A stretch of 61,231 nucleotides of DNA, counting the filler. It is 3 parts of 3 records of this genome, joined end to end, with 100 filler letters (N's around TTAATTAATTAA, not from the genome) between each part and the next. Parts side by side here need not be neighbours in the genome. Positions count along the whole stretch, not along the records: positions 47,004 to 61,231 come from DRR723986_3523; 2 more parts are not named here. One strand, 5' to 3'. Both the position numbers and the translations under genes were made by a program. Below are positions 56,985 through 61,231 of this stretch, piece after piece. Each line of letters starts with the position of its first letter. The stretch's first letter is position 1. Under the pieces are notes generated by a model. The model was not told the DNA's origin. It saw only the letters and a program-made list of their open reading frames with translations, and did not search any database.

Positions 56985-58031
56985 TCATTGTGCCGTTTTG
57001 ATGCGCGTCCATTCACTGTTGTAAAGCTGGAGGTCGCGGCCGAGGTCCACGAAGATCTGCAGCTTTTCCATCACGTCCTGAGGTGGGTAGATGCTTTCGT
57101 TGTTGGCAATTTCCGGCGGCAGGAGCTCCCGGGCCGGCAGGTTCGGGGTGCCATTCAGCTGTTGCTGTACGTTCAGCGCGGAAATTTCCGGCTGAAGATA
57201 GAATTGCAGGAACTTCTTCGCGTTGTCCTTGTTCGGTGCACTGGCAAGGACGCAGATGTCCTCCTGGTACATGGTTGCGCCTTCCTCCGGGATGACGTAG
57301 GCGAGCACATCCGGAGCCTGCTGCACGAAAATGTTCGCGCCGACATACCAGTGTGCCGCCGCCACATCGCCGGACTGGACCAGCGGAATGCTGTCGTAGG
57401 TAAAGGCGGTGACGTTCTTCTTGCGCTCCAGAATGTAATCTGCCGCGGCCTTGATCTCGGCTTCATCAGTGGAATTGACCGACGTGCCGTTCATGATGTG
57501 ACCGATGCCGATGGTCTCGCGCAGATCGTCGAGAAGGATGATCTTCTCGCCCTTGTCAGCCAGGGCGAAGAAATCCTCCCAGCCGGTCATTTCGGCCACT
57601 TTCTGCTTGTTATAGGCGATGCCGACTGTGCCCCAGGCATACGGCAGACAGTATTCCGCGTCCGGATCTGTCTTCGCGCGGATAAACTGCGGGTCGATGT
57701 TCTTGAAAGCCGGATCGCTGCCGATGCCGGTCTTTTCCAGCAAACCAAGCTGGAACATGATGTCGTGCATATGGACCGACGGGAACACGATATCGTAACC
57801 GGTGGCACCGGCCTGGATCTTCGCAAGCATTTCCTCGTTGGAGCCATAGGTGTCCAGGTTCACCTTGATCCCCGTCTCCTCGGTAAATCTGGTCAGAACC
57901 TGCGGATTTATGTAGTCGCCCCAGTTGTAGAGATTCAGTTCTTCCTCGGCCTGCGCAGCACTGGCAACAGCCACCAGTGCCGCTGCCCCAAGTGTTGCCT
58001 TGGCAACTCTCTTCAGCGTGTTGTTAGTCAT
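56985..58031 (-). CDS. Polyamine-type ABC transporter substrate-binding protein (PotD-like)
   Basis: Signal peptide; LNLYNWGDYI, FTEETGIKV, SNEEM.AK, PYAWGTVGIAYN, IPEEG. Confidence 0.9.
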   Translation of the reverse strand: MTNNTLKRVAKATLGAAALVAVASAAQAEEELNLYNWGDYINPQVLTRFTEETGIKVNLDTYGSNEEMLAKIQAGATGYDIVFPSVHMHDIMFQLGLLEKTGIGSDPAFKNIDPQFIRAKTDPDAEYCLPYAWGTVGIAYNKQKVAEMTGWEDFFALADKGEKIILLDDLRETIGIGHIMNGTSVNSTDEAEIKAAADYILERKKNVTAFTYDSIPLVQSGDVAAAHWYVGANIFVQQAPDVLAYVIPEEGATMYQEDICVLASAPNKDNAKKFLQFYLQPEISALNVQQQLNGTPNLPARELLPPEIANNESIYPPQDVMEKLQIFVDLGRDLQLYNSEWTRIKTAQ

Positions 58032-58146
58032 GGAACCCTCTGGTTTGCTGCCACGTTTCTGGGAGGTGAACGGGCTTGCGTCCAAAAGGAGATTGAATTA
58101 TGATATTTCTGTCAAATGTTATTTTTCTGTCATTTTGGGAGCTGAA

Positions 58147-59016
58147 ATGGAAGCCGGCTTCTCCTCCTTCCCTCAGGCGAAATTCGATGAATTCATCAAA
58201 CGCTTGCAGGATGAAACACCCAAACTCCCCAAGCAGGAGGCCCGGCTTGCGCAGTTTGTCAGCCTGAATATTTCATCTCTCGGACTGGAAACCGGAAAAT
58301 CTCTCGCGGAAAAGGCGGGGGTTTCAGAGGTCACCGTCGGAAGGTTGCTGCGCCGGCTCGGATGCGACGGCATGAAAGGGCTGAAGCAGCTGCTGCGCGA
58401 ACATTATTCGGTCACCACGGCCTCCTTCGTCACCGACGGGGACATCCCTTTGCGGTTCGTCGAGACTCTGGAAGCCGAGGTCCAGGGACTGACCAACGTC
58501 TTTAACCAGACGCAAGGCGATAATTGGGAAGAGGTCATCCGACTGGTTTCGACTTCCGAGACGATTTACGCCACGGGATTTCAGTCGATCCGGGGAACGG
58601 TGGAGGATTTCGCCCGCCGGATGGCGCTCGCGCGAAAGAATGTCCATTTCCTGTCCGCCCATGACGGCATGCTGGGCGAGTGGCTTGATCACGGTCCGGA
58701 AACAGCCGCCACAACATGCCTTATCCTGGTGGACGTCGTGCCCTATGCATCGGAATCGCTGAAGCTCGCCCGGCTGGCAAAGAGCCAGGGCCGATCAGTG
58801 ATTGTGGTTTCGGACGAATATTGCCACTGGAGTAGGGAGATCGCCGATGCCGCCGTCTATGCGCCTTCCAGAACGGGCCTCTTCCTGGAATCGACAATCG
58901 GGATCGTTGCCGCGCTCAGCCTGATGGTCGACATTGCAGCCAGGGCCAACGAGACGACCTCGAGCCACCGTCTGGTGCAATGGAAGGCGAATTCGAAGAA
59001 GCTCGGACTGTTCTAA
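58147..59016 (+). CDS. RpiR/MurR-family transcriptional regulator (HTH + SIS), divergent from the Pot-like operon
   Basis: SLAEKAGVSEVTVGRLLRRLGCDG..GLK; SIS-like C-terminal domain. Confidence 0.88.
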   Translation: MEAGFSSFPQAKFDEFIKRLQDETPKLPKQEARLAQFVSLNISSLGLETGKSLAEKAGVSEVTVGRLLRRLGCDGMKGLKQLLREHYSVTTASFVTDGDIPLRFVETLEAEVQGLTNVFNQTQGDNWEEVIRLVSTSETIYATGFQSIRGTVEDFARRMALARKNVHFLSAHDGMLGEWLDHGPETAATTCLILVDVVPYASESLKLARLAKSQGRSVIVVSDEYCHWSREIADAAVYAPSRTGLFLESTIGIVAALSLMVDIAARANETTSSHRLVQWKANSKKLGLF

Positions 59017-59023
59017 CGTAGGG

Positions 59024-59599
59024 TCAGAATGTCGGCGGCGTACAGGCGCTGACAACGACACAGCGACTGTTTCGCAGTGCCTTGAACCTGTGTGGGATCG
59101 AGCTCTTGAAGAGGTAGGCATCTCCCGGTCCGAGGACCTTTCTCTGCTCGCCGACGGTCACTTCAAGCCGTCCCTCAATGACGATACCGGCTTCCTCGCC
59201 CTCGTGGCTGAGCATGACCCGGCCCGTGTCCGCACCCGCTTCATAAACTTCGTAAAGCATCTGCAGCTCGTGGCCGAAGAGGCTGTTGCCGACTTGCCTG
59301 TAGGAAATGTTGCCCTTGCCGATTTCGGTCAGCTCATCGACGCCGAAAAACACTTGCTCCTGCCGCTCCGGTTCATAGGCGAAAAACTCCGACAGACCGA
59401 TCGGTATACCGTCCAGAACGCGTTTCAGCGCGCTCAGGGAGGTGTTGATCTTGGCCGCTTCCAGCTGAGAGATGAAACCGTTGGTGACACCGGCCCGTTT
59501 GGCCAATTCCCGCTGTGAATAGCCATGCGCTTCCCGGATCGCCCGCAGGCGCAATCCGACGTCGCGTGAGAAGTCATCGGTGTTTAGTGTGTTTATCAT
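59024..59599 (-). CDS. XRE-HTH + cupin transcriptional regulator (PuuR-like); start uncertain
   Basis: SQRELAKRAGVTNGFISQLE, HEGEEAGIVIEG, GDAYLF.S..PHRF, SACTPPTF. Confidence 0.9.
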   Translation of the reverse strand: MINTLNTDDFSRDVGLRLRAIREAHGYSQRELAKRAGVTNGFISQLEAAKINTSLSALKRVLDGIPIGLSEFFAYEPERQEQVFFGVDELTEIGKGNISYRQVGNSLFGHELQMLYEVYEAGADTGRVMLSHEGEEAGIVIEGRLEVTVGEQRKVLGPGDAYLFKSSIPHRFKALRNSRCVVVSACTPPTF

Positions 59600-59715
59600 C
59601 CTAAACAGTTTCCCATTCAAAATGCGTCTTTTCAATATCTTGATGTCTGTAAGAAACAGACTATTCGGCTTGTCAAAATCAGTGCTTTCTAGTGCGACCG
59701 ACCGAGGAGGCGCAC

Positions 59716-61056
59716 ATGAACATCGTCAACAACAACACAGATATTCGATCCAACCAGCCGCTTGACGCTTACTGGATGCCGTTTACCGCGAACCGTCAGT
59801 TCAAGCAGTCTCCACGCATGCTGGTCTCGGCCAAGGGCATGCATTACCGCAGCGACGACGGCCGCAACATTCTCGACGGCACTGCGGGCCTCTGGTGCTG
59901 CAATGCCGGACACGGTTATGAAGAGATCACCAATGCGGTCGCCCGGCAGCTGTCAGAACTGGACTACGCGCCCTCCTTCCAGATGGGGCATCCGATTGCC
60001 TTCGAATTTGCAGAACGTCTGAAGTCGGTTGCGCCGGAGGGCTTCAACCACGTCTTCTTTACCGGATCCGGCTCGGAATCCGTCGACACGGCATTGAAGA
60101 TGGCGCTCGCCTATCACCGCGCCAGGGGGGACGCTTCCCGAACCCGGTTGATCGGGCGGGAACGCGGCTATCACGGGGTCGGCTTCGGAGGCATTTCCGT
60201 TGGCGGCATCGTCAACAACCGCCGCCATTTCGGGTCGCTCCTGACCGGTGTCGATCACTTGCCGCACACCCATGCTCCCGAACACAACAGCTTCAGCAAG
60301 GGCCAGCCGGAGTGGGGCGCGCATCTTGCCGACGATCTGGAACGGATCGTCGCGCTACATGGTGCAGAGACAATCGCGGCCGTTATCGTCGAACCGGTCG
60401 CCGGTTCCACCGGTGTCCTGATCCCGCCCAAGGGATATCTGGAACGACTGCGTGCGATCTGCAACCGTCACGGTATCCTGTTGATTTTCGATGAGGTCAT
60501 CACCGGATTCGGACGCCTTGGCGCCCCTTTCGCATCCGATTTTTTCGGCGTGAAACCGGATCTCTTTACCACTGCCAAGGGTCTTACCAACGGCGTCATT
60601 CCGATGGGAGCGGTCTTCGCGCAAGACGCGATCTATGAAGCCTTCATGGGCGGTCCGTCCGAGACAATCGAACTCTTCCACGGCTATACCTATTCCGGTC
60701 ACCCGGTCGCCTGCGCCGCCGGCCTAGCCACTCTCGATATCTACGAAAAACATAAGCTTCTGACACGTGGTTCGGAGATTTCCAGCACCTGGGAAGATCG
60801 TATCCATACGCTCAAGAGCGCAAAACACGTCAAGGACATCCGCACGATTGGCGTCATTGCCGGCATTGAACTCAACTCCCGCGAGGACGCGCCCGGAAAG
60901 CGTGCCTATGAGGTTTTCGTCAAGTGCTTCGAGGCGGGCTTGCTGATCCGCGTGACCGGCGACATCATCGCCCTTTCGCCTCCGTTGATTGTTGAAGAAG
61001 GCATGATTGACGAGATGGTGGAAACGCTGGGACAGGTTCTCTCCGAAACGGCCTAG
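59716..61056 (+). CDS. Class III PLP aminotransferase, omega-amino acid/beta-alanine:pyruvate type
   Basis: WMPFTANRQFK, DGTAGLWC, GSESVDTALK, YHG, FDEVITGFGR, TAKGL, HGYTYSGHP; GAGGAGG RBS. Confidence 0.93.
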   Translation: MNIVNNNTDIRSNQPLDAYWMPFTANRQFKQSPRMLVSAKGMHYRSDDGRNILDGTAGLWCCNAGHGYEEITNAVARQLSELDYAPSFQMGHPIAFEFAERLKSVAPEGFNHVFFTGSGSESVDTALKMALAYHRARGDASRTRLIGRERGYHGVGFGGISVGGIVNNRRHFGSLLTGVDHLPHTHAPEHNSFSKGQPEWGAHLADDLERIVALHGAETIAAVIVEPVAGSTGVLIPPKGYLERLRAICNRHGILLIFDEVITGFGRLGAPFASDFFGVKPDLFTTAKGLTNGVIPMGAVFAQDAIYEAFMGGPSETIELFHGYTYSGHPVACAAGLATLDIYEKHKLLTRGSEISSTWEDRIHTLKSAKHVKDIRTIGVIAGIELNSREDAPGKRAYEVFVKCFEAGLLIRVTGDIIALSPPLIVEEGMIDEMVETLGQVLSETA

Positions 61057-61094
61057 GTTTCCGTTCTTTCGCCCAGCCCCCTTCATAATGGCAC

Positions 61095-61130
61095 AAAAGA
61101 ACCCCGGTCAGTTTTTTCTGCCGGGGTTTG
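61095..61130. terminator. Hairpin after the aminotransferase gene, probable terminator
   Basis: aaccccgg...ccggggtt inverted repeat flanked by A and T runs. Confidence 0.55.
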
Positions 61131-61231
61131 ATATTGTATCGGTAGGTTGCTTTGAGCGTTTTTGTGCCGGTGCGTCGGGCATAGCGCTTTTTGTGGGAGC
61201 GCTGGTGAGTTTAAAATCTGTATCCGTTAGC

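Overview
The window joins three unrelated contigs through two artificial 100-nt spacers (44 N + TTAATTAATTAA + 44 N, at 22662-22761 and 46904-47003), so adjacency across the spacers has no biological meaning. Contig 1 (1-22661) looks like FCB-group DNA (Bacteroidota/Kapabacteria-like, inferred from type IX secretion (T9SS) C-terminal domains). It carries an OmpA protein with 15 Asp-rich Ca-binding repeats, an aldo/keto reductase, sbcD-sbcC, a 1630-aa protein with about 15 Ig domains, an uncharacterised ~1830-aa T9SS protein and a truncated FG-GAP T9SS protein. Contig 2 (22762-46903) is gammaproteobacterial. It holds rsx/rnfABCDGE, two AraC regulators and a lipid/acyl-CoA catabolic cluster (thiolase-like protein, Fe-ADH, FadD, three acyl-CoA dehydrogenases, SDR, P450, PaaI). 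At its right end is an AT-richer, minus-strand integron gene-cassette array (~42560-46903) with attC sites and a probable attI; no integrase appears before the contig ends. The cassettes encode an RxxxxH HEPN-like protein, a PD-(D/E)XK nuclease-like protein, an NYN/OST-HTH protein, a Zn-finger/2TM protein and an orphan. These are candidate undescribed anti-phage systems and the main finding. Contig 3 (47004-61231) is alphaproteobacterial. It has a Dpp-type ABC transporter with a gamma-glutamyltransferase, converging on a Pot-like ABC transporter with a DmpA peptidase, followed by RpiR and XRE-cupin regulators and an omega-amino acid transaminase. All product calls come from motif reading, not database searches.
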